DNA from: Mustelus asterias
Taxonomy: Eukaryota
NCBI RefSeq assembly: GCF_964213995.1
Contig: NC_135830.1
Span: 7,316,001 to 7,380,000 of the forward strand
Reading direction: 5' to 3'
Length of the DNA stretch: 64,000 bases
Shown: piece by piece, positions 36,401 through 49,843 of the stretch
Position numbering within the stretch: the first letter of the stretch is position 1
How the letters are laid out: each line of letters starts with the position of its first letter
Notes under the pieces: model-generated
Told to the model about the DNA's origin: nothing
What the model saw: the letters and a program-made list of their open reading frames with translations, nothing else
Database searches by the model: none
Translations under genes and position numbers: made by a program

Positions 36401-37037
36401 ATGATTGATATGCTGAAGGGCATTTTGTTTAAATTTGTTACAAAGCACGAATCGAGAAGGCAATTTACCAGCCAGTTCAACGACTATCACAATGCACATT
36501 GCTGAACGTCTGGCACCAGATGCCTGCAACGTCAATGCTTTTCATATTTTCGCTACTCTTTAACTCCTCCGTTGAAAGAGGGAAGCAATTGGTGTCGTAC
36601 AAGAATAAATTGACTGGAGTTCGGCAAGTGCGTGCGTGCGTAAGTGCGCGCGCGTGTGTGTGTGTCTGCGTGGTGGTAGAAAAGTCTCCTGTCTTCGATC
36701 AGAGTGCTGCCAATTCTAAGGTGTAACGCACTCTGGCCTCTCGCTCCGACTTCTTGATTAAATTGGGACAGGTGAGTGACTGAATGCCACATGTAGGTGG
36801 ACCCCTTGCCCACTATGGCTTCCCTGCCTTTCAGCGCTGTGTATTCATGAGCAATTGTCCTCTGGGGCTGATGCAATGACGCCAGGAGAGTCATTCGCTG
36901 CATCATCTGCAATGTGACTGCGGTGGAATTTGCTGAAATTTCCCTGTGTTTAGATTACCACTTTTTGCGAATTTAAAATGAAATGCCCTTCAGCAAACCC
37001 AACATCGCTGCAAATAGCAGCTGGATGCTCTGTTGTA

Positions 37038-37101
37038 GGATCTCTGGTCTAATGGTGAGCATCTGAATCCAGCGAACCGAATTTAAATTTAGGTGGATCC
37101 T
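37038..37101 (+). pseudogene. tRNA-Gln relic
   Basis: TGGTCTAATGGTGAGCA..CTGAATCCAGCGA with an internal deletion. Confidence 0.6.
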
Positions 37102-38204
37102 TGCTCTTCTTTGCCATTGTTGAGGATTGATTTGTTGAAGGACCTTTTGTGTAAATTCCTCACAAAGCAGGCATTGGGGGGACAATTTGTCAGCCAGTTC
37201 AACTTCTATTACACTGCACATTGCTGAGCCACTGGCGACAGGTGCCTGCATCAACAATGTTTTTTTAAAAATCTTTCACTACTCGTTAACTCCTCTGTTG
37301 AAAGAAAAGAACATTTGGTGTTACACACCAACAACCATTCGACTGGAGACTGGCAATTATTGAGCAAGCGTATGTGTATATCTGTGTGTGTGTGCGTGTG
37401 TTTGTGTGTGTGTGCCTGTGTTTATGTGTGTGTGCGTGTGTGTGTGTGTGTGCGTGTGTGCGTGTGCGCGTGTGTGTATGTCTTTTGGGAGAAAGGCCGA
37501 ATGTCAAAGGTCAGAGTGCTGTCGTTTCCATGGTGTGACTCTTCGCAATCCGGACTCTCGCCATCCCACCTCTTGTTTACATTAGGACAGATGAGTGAGT
37601 GAATGGCACCCCGAGGTGGACCCCCTCCAAAATATATATTGAATTAGGAACATATTTTGAAATGACTAATCCTCATTTTGTATTATTTCATGTCAAACAG
37701 GGTGACGCATCGTTGTATCTTATTATTAATTAAAACCTTAACCCTTTAACTACGTAAGGAGGCAAAGTTCAGTTAAAGAAAACTAATCCAAATGGAATTA
37801 GAAAAAAACTACACTGGCGTTACGGCAAATCCCACCTCAAAGCAGAAAATATTGGAAACACTTTCTAGGTCAAGCAGCGTCTATGGAAATGGAAACAGAG
37901 TGAATGTCACTGACGTCGATCCAAACTGGAAGACATTAGAGATTTAATGGTTTACGAGCAAATGCAGAGCGAAGAAAAATACAGGGAGAGAACTCTATTT
38001 AGGACCTTGTGATAGGATGTAAGGCTGGAGTGATTGAATGACATTGCAGATGATTGTTGTTCCCACAGACACAATCTCCCGGATCCTCGTTCAAATCTCA
38101 CGCAAAATGAGAAGAAAACTTCCCGCTGAATTAAGCACAAACTCTTCGAATGCCGGGGAAGGAGAGATAGTTTTAACTCAGAAAGCAGAAACCGTGAGAT
38201 TAAT

Positions 38205-38415
38205 AGGGCGGCAGGGTGGCACGCTGGTTCGCACTGCTTCATCACAGCGACACTGACCCGTGTTCGATTCCCGGCTTGACTCACTGCCCATGTGGAGTTT
38301 GCACGTTCTCCCCGTGAATGCGTGGGTTTCCTCCCACAGTCTGAAAGACGTGCTGGTTAGGTGCACTGACCCGAAAAGGCACTGGAGTGTGGCGACTGGG
38401 GAATTTCACAGTAAA
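38205..38415 (+). mobile_element. SINE (paralogous copy at 51330-51560)
   Basis: SINE head and core at the same position in both duplicated units. Confidence 0.85.
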
Positions 38416-39003
38416 TTGTTGTTACTCAAACCAGGTGGGGAAACAGCGTCTCAGCATGCCCGAAGTCAAACTGTCGCCCCATTTTCAGTTGTTTTAATCA
38501 GCTCACCTCTCAATTTTCTAATCTAACGAGAGAACAGTCTCATCCCACTGCATCACTCCTCCCAGAACAACTGCCTCATTATAGGATTAAATGCAGTGAA
38601 CCTTTGTTAAACATCGATAGCGAGAGAATAGAGGGAGCAAAGAGCAAAAGGGGGAACAGTGATCGATGCACAGACAGAGAGACTGAAAGAGTGAAAGAGT
38701 CTGAGACAGGTTTTCAGCAACAGAGAGGGACAGAGAGTGAGGCAAACACCCACAACCCAATATACAAACAACAACTCTCTGAACCCACAAGCATGGGATG
38801 CTCTGATTGGGTGAATAAGAATTAAGTGAATGTCCGCAAAAATTGTCACTTTTTGAAAATGTCTAGATTCTCTTGAGTGTGCTGTGCTAACAGAAGCCTT
38901 GCAGTCAGTGCTCGGGTTATCAAGTCCTACCCCATGTGAACCAATTCCAACATATCACGGGAAATAAACAAACAGAATCCGCTACTTGTCCATTTCGGAA
39001 CAA

Positions 39004-39093
39004 AGGCTTGCCCACAATTTGAACCCGGGACCGCTCGCACGTTTGTGGATTTTAACGTCCAAAGCGAGAATCGCACCCCTAGTCCATCAAGCC
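39004..39093 (-). pseudogene. Intron-containing tRNA-Pro(TGG), degenerate (18-nt intron 39040-39057)
   Basis: GGCTTGATGGACTAGGGGTGCGATTCTCGCTTTGGA[CGTTAAAATCCACAAACG]TGCGAGCGGTCCCGGGTTCAAAT...; T stem disrupted. Confidence 0.8.
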
Positions 39094-40143
39094 ATCTCTC
39101 AAATAACATGTCAACTAAATGTATTTTCACTGCCATGTAAAAGCGGATCCGACATCTGCACTGAAATGTGTTGAGGTTGGAAAAACTCAGGAAGTTAGCC
39201 GGCGTGTGTGCATATGGAAACAAAGTTAAACGTTCACCTCCATGACCTTTCATTAACATTGGGAATGTTTAGAAATAGAAGAAGTTTTAACAAAGTGAAA
39301 TCTAGCAGGGAGGAATCATAACAACATCTGGTAGCGTGGAAGCCAGGAGAAAATAAATGAGGGAAACAGAGAATGACAGAATGATTACACCACAGAATGA
39401 GACGATTACAACGTTACTTGCACGACTCACATGTGTTGTGGGTGTAGGGGAAGCAGAGGACGTACTGTACATATACTTCAACAGAACTGCAGTGATGAGG
39501 TTGGTGGGCTTGAAAATTGAACGTTACACATCGAATCATAGGAACATGGGAATTGGAAGCAGATGCAGCAAATTCAGCCCTTTGGTCCTGCACCACCATT
39601 CAATCAGATCATTGTTGACCTCTCCTTGATCTGAAATCCACCTCCCCACCTGTTCTCCATATCCTTTAATGCATTTTTCTTTACCAGAACTAAATCTATC
39701 CTTTCTTGAAATCATTGAACGATTCAGATTCGACCGCGCTATGGAGCAGCGAGTTCCACCAATTCACCACCCTCTGCGAGCAGTAGTTCCCCCTCATTTC
39801 AGTTTTCAATGTACCGGCTCTCAAACTATACACGGGATCTCTTGTTGGACATTGCCCCATAGGAAGAAACGTTTCGTCTACCTTTGCTCTATCAATCCAT
39901 TTAGAGTTTTATATATCTCGATCAGATTCTCCTTCATCCTTCTAAACTTCAGCAGCTTGTGGGATTATTTCAACTCATCCTCAATTCCATGTCCCAACGA
40001 ATTCAATCCGTGTTGTCATCAGCTGAAGGAGGCATTTATGTTCTATCCAAACAGAACATTTTGAAGGAGAAACATGTCACAAGTGAAAAAGATCTGAGAT
40101 AGAAATACTAATTAAGTCAGTTTAAAAAACACAGTTCACTAGT

Positions 40144-40214
40144 TTCCCTGGTAGTTCAGTGTTTGTGTTCAACACTCCCCCAGGGATAACTTGTTTCAAT
40201 TCCCGCTGAGGAAA
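40144..40214 (+). pseudogene. tRNA-Glu relic (paralog at ~53370-53441)
   Basis: TCCCTGGTAGTTCAGTG...TTCAATTCCCG..GAGGAA. Confidence 0.5.
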
Positions 40215-41137
40215 ATAAGACTATTTGCTCTCAGCAAACCATCAATAATGATCTGATTTACTCTCCGATCGAATACAGGTCTACTAGAATCAGCCGAGTG
40301 AGGTTTGCAAGTTTATATCAGAGCTGGAAATTTCACATGTGCAACACTTCAAGAATAAATACAGAAAGAGAAGGAAAGTGTAAGGCAGCAAACTACGAAC
40401 GGTTGAGACGTTTTTGCAAGGTAAAATCTGTCTGGTAATGGGTCAGATTTTACTGTTTACAGTGACACTGAATTATGAAACTGTTCCCTCGCCCTGCATT
40501 GAAAAGCATTTGGAAATATTTCTGTCCGGTTCCGAACAGTCGGAAGCAAAAGTGATAAATGCAGTGGAGTGTCCGTTGTATGTTATCATTGGCTGAGCAC
40601 ATCACTGGTATTGAACCACAAGTTGCCATTTTGCAGGAGAAAGCTGTTTGTGGCGAAACTGGTCTGGCGTGAAAACAAAAGCAGCGTGGATAATTTAAAT
40701 TCTAAAACACGCTGTGAGCTGGTGGTTAGAGTTTGACTTTTTCGCTGCTGTTTAGATTACTGGTCTGGAATTGAAGGTTTATTGCCACCATCCAAACTCT
40801 GAAAACAAAGGTGAGTTATTGCCTGGATGAACATATAAAACATAATATGATCCTTAAGTGCAGACTCTGTGCAAATTCAACAGGAGGTTCCGTTGTCATT
40901 TCTGGCAGGAAATTGGGAAGAGACGAGCTGATGGACAGTTTAAATGATGCCGGCCCTTCACTGCAGCTCATTGTGTCTCTGACGTGAGATGATTTCTGTT
41001 TGTTTCGCAGTTCAGACTTACCTGAATCAGAGAAGGAGCAGGCTCCTTCCTCCTGATGGCCTTTCCAAGGTCCATTGCGTTTAATGAATTTCGGTAACAT
41101 TATCATTAAATAGCATGATCGCGATGCGTTGCAATGT

Positions 41138-41219
41138 GGTAGCGCGGCCGAGCGGTCTAAGGTGCTGGATTAAGGCTCCAATCTCTACGGAGGCGTGGGT
41201 TCGAATCCCACTGCTGCTA
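41138..41219 (+). tRNA. TRNAL-AAG: tRNA-Leu(AAG), variant with several substitutions
   Basis: Near match to vertebrate Leu-AAG. U8 is changed to C and some stems mismatch, so it may be a pseudogene. Confidence 0.8.
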
Positions 41220-41832
41220 GCATGGATTTGGCCTGACAGCTCAGTTTGAATACAGGAGTGTGTGCTGTGTCGTTTTTGTCAGGAACAACGAGCAGACACA
41301 TGACCAACTGAAAAAGTTGCTGGGGTAAAGCAGCGTGTGTGCAAGTGGCTCCTTTCGAGAGCACACACAGGCTGAATTTCTGACTGCGGAGTCAGAAGAC
41401 CTGTTGAGATGCTCCAGCATCCGCAGTATTTTGCTTTTCCCGCCACCATTTACATTCCGTTTTTTTTTGTCTATCACAACTTTGTCAACTCTTACGCACG
41501 GCTCCCACCCTCACCCCCCCCCCCCCCCCCCGTATCACCCACACTTAAAGTGTAAATCTCGTCCTCCTTTATTGTCTTCATCTTTGATGACTGACCATAC
41601 AGATTTGAAATGTTGGCTCTATTCTCTCTCCAGAGATGCCGTCATGCCTGCTGAGATTTTACAGCATTTTAAGTTTTTCTTTTAAATTCCAGCATCTGCA
41701 GTAATTTGCTGTTGGCTGAAGGAATCATTGGTGTTCTATCTGAACATGAGGGTTTTTTTCCCGACAATCCTTTCTTGAGTATTTGAAAAACGCTACAATG
41801 TATTGATCAGATGAAAGCAGTTGCTCCCATCT

Positions 41833-41904
41833 TCCCTGGTGGTCTAGTGGTTAGGATTTGGCGCTTTCATCGCCGCGTCCCGGGTTCGATTACCGGTCAG
41901 GGAA
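41833..41904 (+). tRNA. TRNAE-UUC: tRNA-Glu(TTC), variant
   Basis: TCCCTGGTGGTCTAGTGGTTAGGATT.GGCGCTTTCA...CAGGGAA; C61 changed to A in the T stem. Confidence 0.8.
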
Positions 41905-42264
41905 CGTTGATTTTATAGCTGCCGACCAGCACATGATTTAGGAGGGGCTGAAATTACTTCCTGATCGATAACAGGAGTGATCATTGTGCCAGTTTGAGCT
42001 CCCTGGAGAAACAAAATAAACCCATTTGCACAATCCCGTCAATTGTCCCCGGCAATTTATGTTTACATCCTCCCTTGCTTTATATCACAGAACATCCGTT
42101 TTGTTCTTTTCACAGGTTGATTCGTGGCGTTACCATCAGAAAATGTTGGAAATACTCGGCAGGTCAGTTAATGTTTCGTGGCAAATGCGTGATTATTTCT
42201 GAAAGCTGAATTACTCTGAAATTGAAAACATTTGGAAATGTTTCTGTAAAGGTGAAATACTTCT

Positions 42265-42450
42265 CATGCTGGAACCTGAAACACAAAAAAAAATACTTGA
42301 AAATCTCAGCAGGTCTGGCAGCATCTGTGAAGAGAGAACAGAGCCAATGTGTCGAATCAGGAAATCTGATGAAGGGTCATCCAGATTTGAAACGTTTGTT
42401 TCCTCACAGAGGTTGTCAATCCTGCTGAGATTTTCCACCATTTTCTATTC
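42265..42450. mobile_element. Inverted pair of Penelope-like pLTR fragments with a hammerhead core (paralog at 56858-57045)
   Basis: Arms AAAATCTCAGCAGG and CCTGCTGAGATTTT flank CTGATGA-AGGGTCATCCAGATTT-GAAACGTT. Confidence 0.7.
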
Positions 42451-43669
42451 CTGTTTAATAAGTTTCTGCTCAGGATTGAACCAGGAAATTTGCATGTGTA
42501 CGGCGACCGTGATAAGTACCACACTACAGAAACGCTGCGATGCAATGATGTAAGGAAACTGGCTCCACAAACACGTCAATTACCTACAGCAATTTATATT
42601 TGCATTCTGTCTGCTGGTACCTCCTGTTAAAATGTTAAACGATACAATCTACTGCGTAGAATTCGTGTGATAACATGCACGACCTACCTTGCATTAAATT
42701 GATCTTTCTCTACACCCAAACTATGACTGTAACAGTACGTTCTGCACTCTCCCGTTTCCTTCTCGATGAATGATATGCTTTGGCTGTGTAGCGCGCAAGA
42801 AACATACTTTCCGCTCTATGCTAATGCATGTGACAATAATAAATCAAATCAAAGTTACTCCAGGAAGTTAATTAATTGAACATTTAGCTGTGATGGGCTT
42901 CGATCACGCGCTTTAACTAACGCGACTGCCTTGAATTCAGGACCTGAGACTTGAATGCTATCAGCAGAATCCATTGGTACCGGATCTGATATTGACAGTG
43001 AACAGAACCAATGAAAGAAAACTGGATTACATGTCCCATTGAGCCTCCTCCACGACAGAAAAAAGGCAGATCCTCAACCTCAACCCCAATTTCCCAGCTT
43101 ATCCCAATAGGTCTTCATTCCCTTAGATTCCAAAATCACTCCAACTCAACCTTCAATATCCTCAGCGACTGAGGATCCACGTACCTCTGGGCAGCTGCAC
43201 AATTCTAAAGATACACAAGCGTTTGGGAGAAGAAATGTCTCCTTACCTCAGTCATAAATGGCTGGCACCTGACCCAGAGAATGTAGGTCCAGAGTGCCTG
43301 ACCGAGACACTTGTCGCCATTCTAACCCACTTATCCTCACACATTTACCATGGCTCATCCATCTGACCGACATCAACTGCACCGTGAGTGAGAGAGTGAA
43401 AGCAGAAATATGACGGTGGCGATTTTACTGAGCACATTTTCTTTCCAATAATTGGAAAAAATAATATTTTGTTGGATCCATATTCAGTTCATATTCAACA
43501 ACGGAATACAATCTGGGAACTTTCAAGCAGTAAATTTCGATCATGTTCGACCCTGTTTCGAATCGGACAGTCTATCCTATATGATAAGCCTCACACTATA
43601 GAAACTCTGCTCATGACCAATGTGACCGGCCTAGGATATCAAACCGTGCAGTCTGATTGCAATTTAGAA

Positions 43670-44910
43670 TCTTGCGTGGGTTCTTAATTATGCTGGCTGC
43701 TTTGCCGAGGCAGCGGGAAGAGCCAATGGATGGGAGGCAAGTTTGCGTGATGATCTGAGCTCCGTTCACGACCCTTTGTAGTTCCTTGCGGTCCAGGGCA
43801 GAGCAGGAGCCATACCAAAATGTGATACAACCAGAAAGAATGCTTTCTATGGTGCATCTGCAAACGTAGGTGAGAGTCGTAGCTGAGATGCCAAATTTCC
43901 TTAGTCTTCTGAGAAAGTAGAGGCGTTGGTTGGCTTTCTTCACTATAGTGTCAGCATGGGGGGACCAGGACAGGTTGTTGGTGATCTGGAGAACTAAAAA
44001 CTTGAAGCTCTCGACCCTTTCTACTTCGTCGCTGTTGACGTAGACAGGGGCAATTTCTCCTCTCCGCTTCCTGAGGTCGATGACAATCTCGTTCGTTTTG
44101 TTGACATTGAGGGAGAGATTATTGTCGCCGCGCCAATTTCATCAGATTCTCTATCTCATTCTTGTACTCTGTCTCCTCATTATCTGATATCAGACCCACT
44201 GCGGTGGTGTCGCCAGCAAACTTGAAAATCGAATTGGAGGGGAATTTGGCCACACAGTCATGGGTATATCAGGACTGTAGTAGGGGGCTGAGAACACAAC
44301 TTTGTTGGGCACCGGTGTTGGGGATGACCGTGGAGGAGGTGCTGTTGCCTTTCCTTACTGATTGTGTGCTGTGGGTTAGGAAGTTGAGGATCCAGTCGCA
44401 GAGGGAGTAGCCGAGGTCCAGGCCATGGAGTTTGGAGATGAGTTTCGTCGGAATAAGGCTGAGCTGTCGTCAATAAATAGGAGTCTGACATAGGCATCTT
44501 TGTTATCTAGGTGTGCCAGGGTTGAGTGCAGGGCCAGGGAGATGGTGCCTGCTGTGGACCTGTTGCGGCGGTAGACGAACTGTAGTGGATCCAGGCAGTC
44601 CTGGAGGCTGGAATTGATTCGTGCTATGACTCGCCTTTCGAAGCACTTTATAATGATGGATGTCAGAGCCACCAGACGGTATTCATTCAGGCACGCTGCT
44701 TGGATTTTCTTTGGTACTGGGATGATGGTTGTCTTCTTGAAGCAGAAGTAAAGAGAGGTTGAAGATGTCTGCGAATACCCACGCCTGCTGATCCACGCAG
44801 GATCTGAGTTCACATCTGGGTACCCCATCCGGGCCAGTCGCTTTCCGTGGGTTGAACTTCGGGAAAGCTGCTCCGACATCTGCAATGATGACCTCTGGTA
44901 CAGTTTCATC
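43670..44910 (-). mobile_element. Rex1/Babar-type LINE RT fragment, frameshifted
   Basis: KATGPDGVP; IIPVPKK...[16 protein letters not shown]...LDPLQF.YR.NRST...YVRLLFID; KKANQRLYFLRRLRKF...ESILSGCITFWYG. Confidence 0.88.
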
Positions 44911-44939
44911 CAAGGCTCCCAGGGTGGAGGGAACGCATC

Positions 44940-45005
44940 GTTTCTGTCATGTAGTGATTACACATTCACCGAACCAAAGATTCCCTGTTGGAAAGCGGGC
45001 GGAAT
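44940..45005 (+). pseudogene. tRNA-Val relic
   Basis: GTTTCTGTCATGTAGTGATTA...GAAAGCGGGCGGAA. Confidence 0.45.
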
Positions 45006-45884
45006 TATACTTTTAACCTCAGAGTGAGGAAATGAGCAATAATTCACGTTTATTGCTGGATATTAACTGAATACTGTATTTTATACTGTGTTACACTTCC
45101 CCTTCCCCTTCACAGTTCCGCTTCAAACCCGACAGAACATTTTTCGCAGACTCTCCTTTCCAACTCTGAATGGTCAGAAAGCTTCCCTCAAACCTGCACA
45201 GTCCGGCTGATTGCTTTTGATTTGTTTGTGATTATTAAAGGCGAAGCCACGTTTCAGATGGGGAAACAAACCCAACAATGATTCTCTCTTCTCCGGCTCC
45301 ACATTGGAGACAGGGACAAGCAGCAGGATTTTAACCCGCAGTCTCCAATCACCCGCTGACAGCAGAAAGGCGCGAATGCAGATGCACCTGTACGTTGGTT
45401 TAAACTCAGAGTGAGAATTTATTGTTGAAAATTAACTCAACAGAGTATTTTACACTGCATGTTACATTTCCCCATCCATCTGTACACACACAAACGCAAT
45501 ACTTTTCACTGACTCCCGTTTCCAGCTCTGACGGTTCAGAAAGCTTCTCTCAAACCTGCACATTCCGGATCTTCCTTTCGTTCGTTGAACAGAAGCACCG
45601 CTGATCAGCATTTATTGCCCATCCCCAGTTGAGGGGCAACCACTTTGCTGTGGCTCTGGAGTCATGTGTCGGCCAGACCATCGAACAACTGCAGATTTCC
45701 TTCCACGACGGACATGAGTGAATCATGATTTTTAGCAACAATGGATGTTGTTTGATGGCCATCAGTGGATTTTTATTCCAATCTTATTTATTGTATTCAA
45801 ACTCCACTGGCTGCCCTGGCCGTCCCAAGAATATTAGCTGGTCGAGGGATCACACCACTGGACGATCGTCTCACCTAAAACAAC

Positions 45885-45979
45885 TGCTCTAGGTGAGGCT
45901 CGAACTCACAACCTCGGCATAGCCCGCTGCCTGCACTGCTGTATAAGTACCGCGCGCTAACCGATTGCGCCACTGGAGC
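45885..45979 (-). tRNA. TRNAI-UAU: Intron-containing tRNA-Ile(TAT) (21-nt intron)
   Basis: GCTCCAGTGGCGCAATCGGTTAGCGCGCGGTACTTATA[CAGCAGTGCAGGCAGCGGGCT]ATGCCGAGGTTGTGAGTTCGAGCCTCACCTAGAGCA; one C-A mismatch in the acceptor stem. Confidence 0.92.
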
Positions 45980-46918
45980 AGTGCGTTTGAATCGTTTGTG
46001 TCAGATTATTAAAGGTTACCGCAGCGTTACCTCCGTGAATAACAGTTATTCGAGGCCACATTTCAGACAGGGAAACAAATCCATCGCTGATTTTTTCCCC
46101 CCCGGCTCCACAGTGAGTGAGACAGGGAGAAGCAGCAGGATTTTATCCCGCAGTCTCCAATCGCCAGCAGAAAGCGGCGATTGCAGCTTCAATCAGCGGG
46201 TTACTGCCCATCCCTGGGACACAAGGTCTATTTCCGTTCAAACCTCCCCATAAACCGAACACAAGCTCAGCAAAACGCAGATAGATCATGTCCGGCTCAC
46301 TAAACCTTCGAGAAGCATTTACACAACACATGAGTGATTCGCAAACAAAATTCACACGAACTTTCCAAAACTTTTCAGTGATAAATTCCTCCATTTGGTT
46401 GAAAAACTGAGTGTTGTGAATCGGGAAATGAGCACCATGGGATTTGTGTTACGCAGTGACTTGTTTCCCATGGTTCGCCCTCAGGTTTGCAATTCCATTT
46501 GTGTTGTATATTGACGTGAATCTGATATCAAAATTAGGAGAAACCAAGGGCAATATTAACTCTTGGAACAAATCGTGAGGGAAATGGATCAAAATATTTG
46601 GAAGGAGGTGCAGCTGAGAATGGTGTTATTGATGATTGAGTGGAAAGCATTGGTTCGCTGGGGGTCTGGTTTTCAGTTCCATTCCCTCCTGTTGAATTCC
46701 TCCCTGTGATAAGAGACATGGATTCATTTTACCTGCACGTTCATAGGAGAAAGGGAATAACCAACACACTACAGCAGTGCTGCGGGATCAACGGAACTAA
46801 AGAGACTTGTATAGAATTGTAAACAGTGCGGTCATGCTGCAGTTCTGGAACAGGCTTTGCAGAAATAGAATTGTGGTCATTGACACACTAGTTTAGAATA
46901 CATGTAACAGCTGCTGCA

Positions 46919-46993
46919 GTCTCTGTGGCGCAATTGGTCAGCGCGGTCGCCTGTTAACTGTGGAGGTTGGTGGTTCGATACCACCCAGAAGCG
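46919..46993 (+). pseudogene. tRNA-Asn(GTT), degenerate
   Basis: GTCTCTGTGGCGCAATTGGTCAGCGCG...CTGTTAAC...GGTGGTTCGA; mismatches in the anticodon and acceptor stems. Confidence 0.78.
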
Positions 46994-48540
46994 GAATGTT
47001 GCTATTTTCTCACCATCAGCATTCACAGGCAAACAGTTGCGTGTTGGCAATGAGTTTGTGGGCGTCAATAAAAATAGTTCTCAATTGTGACCGGCTGTAC
47101 TGTTATCTGGTGTTACCAACATTATTCAATGACGATTGACTTTACACATATTACATACAAAATTATATACATGCTTCCATTATTCCATTAAACTTAAAAA
47201 TTACAATCGAAACATGGACTTTTGGCTGAGCATTTGTTCCAATTCCATATCCCTGCTTCCATTCATTCTTGGATAGATCATAAATCTGTCTAACCCAGAG
47301 TGAAATATGTTCAAGGATGGAGCATCAGAACCCTCTGGCTCGAGAATTCCGAAGATTCACGAGGCTTTGAGTGAAGCAAATTCTCCTCATCGCACTCCTA
47401 AATCATCAGCGCCTTATCCTGAGATTGTGCTCCCGTGTTTTAGATTCCTGGATCAGGAAAAAATAATGCCTCAGCTTTTCAATGGTACCTATTCTTTCTC
47501 GTGAAAGCTGTTGAGATTTTCCAGCATTTTCAGTTTTTGATTCAGATTCCAGCATCATCAGATTTTGCTTTTATTCTGTCTAAAATGCGGGGATCCAAAC
47601 TGCGTACACTATTCCAAATGTGGCCTCAACAAAACCCTGAATTACTGTAGCAAGATACAAACACTTCTAAACTTAACTCCGTGCTCAAGGCTGGAAGGAG
47701 AGCATGACAGTGGATAATTCGCACTGTGTACATTCCTGCAATCAGTAACTGTAATGTAATCAGTAACTGGATCAGGAAGATGAGATATCTGTGTCTCTTT
47801 GTACAGTCATCTCTAAACTCCATCTCCTCTTAATGCCGTGTGGCATACATTCGCTTTCCCTGCTTTCCAGTTAAAGCTCGGGTTCACCAACTGTCTGTGT
47901 CTTTATCAAGCAGCTAATTGACCCTGGGAGCTGGATAGCCAGAGGGAGCTGGATGTGGGGCAGCGACAGAAACAGGAAGAGACGCGACATGACAGTGATC
48001 TTTCTGTCGATAGATCTGCCTCAGTCCTTCCCTCTCTCAGTCTAACTATCCATTTCCCTCTTCTGTTTTTGTTCCTCCTATTCTCTCCCTGTCTGGGTGG
48101 AATCAAGTTTAATTGAATTGATTCTGAAATGAGGCCGTTGTTGAACTCGGGTTGATTGTAATGGCGGAGGAGACTCAATGGGACATGTGATCTAATCCAA
48201 CTCCAATGATTCTGTTCAATGCCAATACTAGTTCCGACAGCAATGACTTCTGTTGGTGTCGTTGATAGGAAGTTTAAGGCACTAAATTTAGGATAGCGAC
48301 ATTTGTGGAGGCGTGTGATCAAATTCTCCCAATGTCAGATTTTCACTTAAATTACTTGAAACGTTACGAACTTTGATCAAACATGTGATTATTAAAATTG
48401 AATGCAGCAGAATGTGTCATCATTCATTTTGATTAGAGAAACCGGCAGAGAGAATGTAAAGTGAGCAACTGACGGGCTTGTGGAACGAGTTTAGTTGCTC
48501 CACAAGTAAACCGGGTCTGCTTCAAGTCATCCATCGCAAA

Positions 48541-48614
48541 GTTTCTGTAGTGCAGTCGTTACCATGTTTGCCTCACATGCGCACAGGTCCCCGGGTCAAG
48601 ACCGAGCAAAAACA
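48541..48614 (+). pseudogene. tRNA-Val(CAC) pseudogene (paralog of 34557)
   Basis: GTTTCTGTAGTGCAGTCGTTACC...CCTCACA...GGTCCCCGG. Confidence 0.7.
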
Positions 48615-49784
48615 TTCCGAAATGGGTTAATTTCAAATGATTCAGATTTATTCTTGCTTTTCACGAAACATTGATTGAACGGTTGAGGTCTTGTCGCATT
48701 TAAAATGGGAATCACTCAGTAAAGAGATTGAAAGGGGAGGTCTGTGATAGAGAGCATAACACGATGGGTTAACTGACACAAGGAATGATGGACAAGGGCA
48801 ACATTGGGTGGTTCCCAATATTTTATACTTTGCTGCTTTTATGGGTGAACTCCAGCTCTCCATTCCTCCGGCAATTTCACCGCTCAAACTGAGACTTTCT
48901 CCATCCCGCTTTGTTAATCCCACAGTTACTTCTTTCTGAATGAAAACTGCTTGCAATCAGTCGAAGTCAAATAGTTTTGTGCTTCATTCAGCGAGAAGTT
49001 TTCTTATCATTTAGCCCGATATTTTTATCCAGAAATGAGTGACGTTTGTGCCAATGCAAACGGTTAATTCTGACCCATTATCAACCAGATTTTACCTAGT
49101 GTCACCATCTCCATCGTCAGCGCTTTCCATCCTATCTCTGTCCTTCACTATCTGTGTTTCTTTTTGACCTTTTGTCCATGTGACATTTCCAACTCGGAAG
49201 CAAAACTACAAACCTCACTCCACCGTTTCTGGCAGAGCGGCTTTGGACCAGGAAGTATTACAGTTTGTTTATCAAAAACATTAAGTCTTAGTGCATCGAA
49301 GCCAGCCTGTGACCCCGAAAGCACCGAACACTAGCCACGAGACCAGCAGGATGTAATTTTCCTGATTCTCGCAGTCACGGATTACAGGAATGTGCATAGT
49401 GCCAATTAAACACAGTCACCCACTCCTTCCAGTCTGTTAAGATATGGAATTGTTCATATTTTCACACTAGCTTCCAGTATGACCAAAGCAGAGCTGTGAC
49501 AAGCTGATGTTGTTCAGAATTTTTACCACACTCAGGTTTATAACACTTCGATGCCAACATTCCTCGAACGTGGTGAGCTACAGTGAAATTTAATGCAGTT
49601 GAAGATAGCTTATTGAAGATAGCTTACTCATTTTTTTCAGGAGGAACCAGCAAGGGTAAAGTAAATATGAATTGCTGTGGGTTTTTGATGGGATTGTGCA
49701 TTGGGGCTGATATTTCACTCTGCTGTTCAAATTGGCACAGGTATTGAACGACCATTTTCAGCCTGTAGCCGTGTGTTGCGGTCG

Positions 49785-49843
49785 GTGGTGTAATGGTGAG
49801 CACTCTGGACCCTGAATCCAGCAATCCGAGTTCAAAACTCGGC
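49785..49843 (+). pseudogene. Truncated tRNA-Gln(CTG) (paralog of 35630)
   Basis: TGGTGTAATGGTGAGCACTCTGGACCCTGAATCCAGCAATCCGAGTTCAAAACTCGG; the acceptor stem is lost. Confidence 0.78.

Noticed and set aside
35734-37620. Repeats as a CRISPR array or prokaryotic system
   Set aside because: The units are hundreds of bp long and diverged, with no repeat-spacer structure, and the DNA is clearly vertebrate.
42885-42965. Very degenerate tRNA-Leu-like sequence (paralog ~57475)
   Set aside because: Too decayed to assign confidently.
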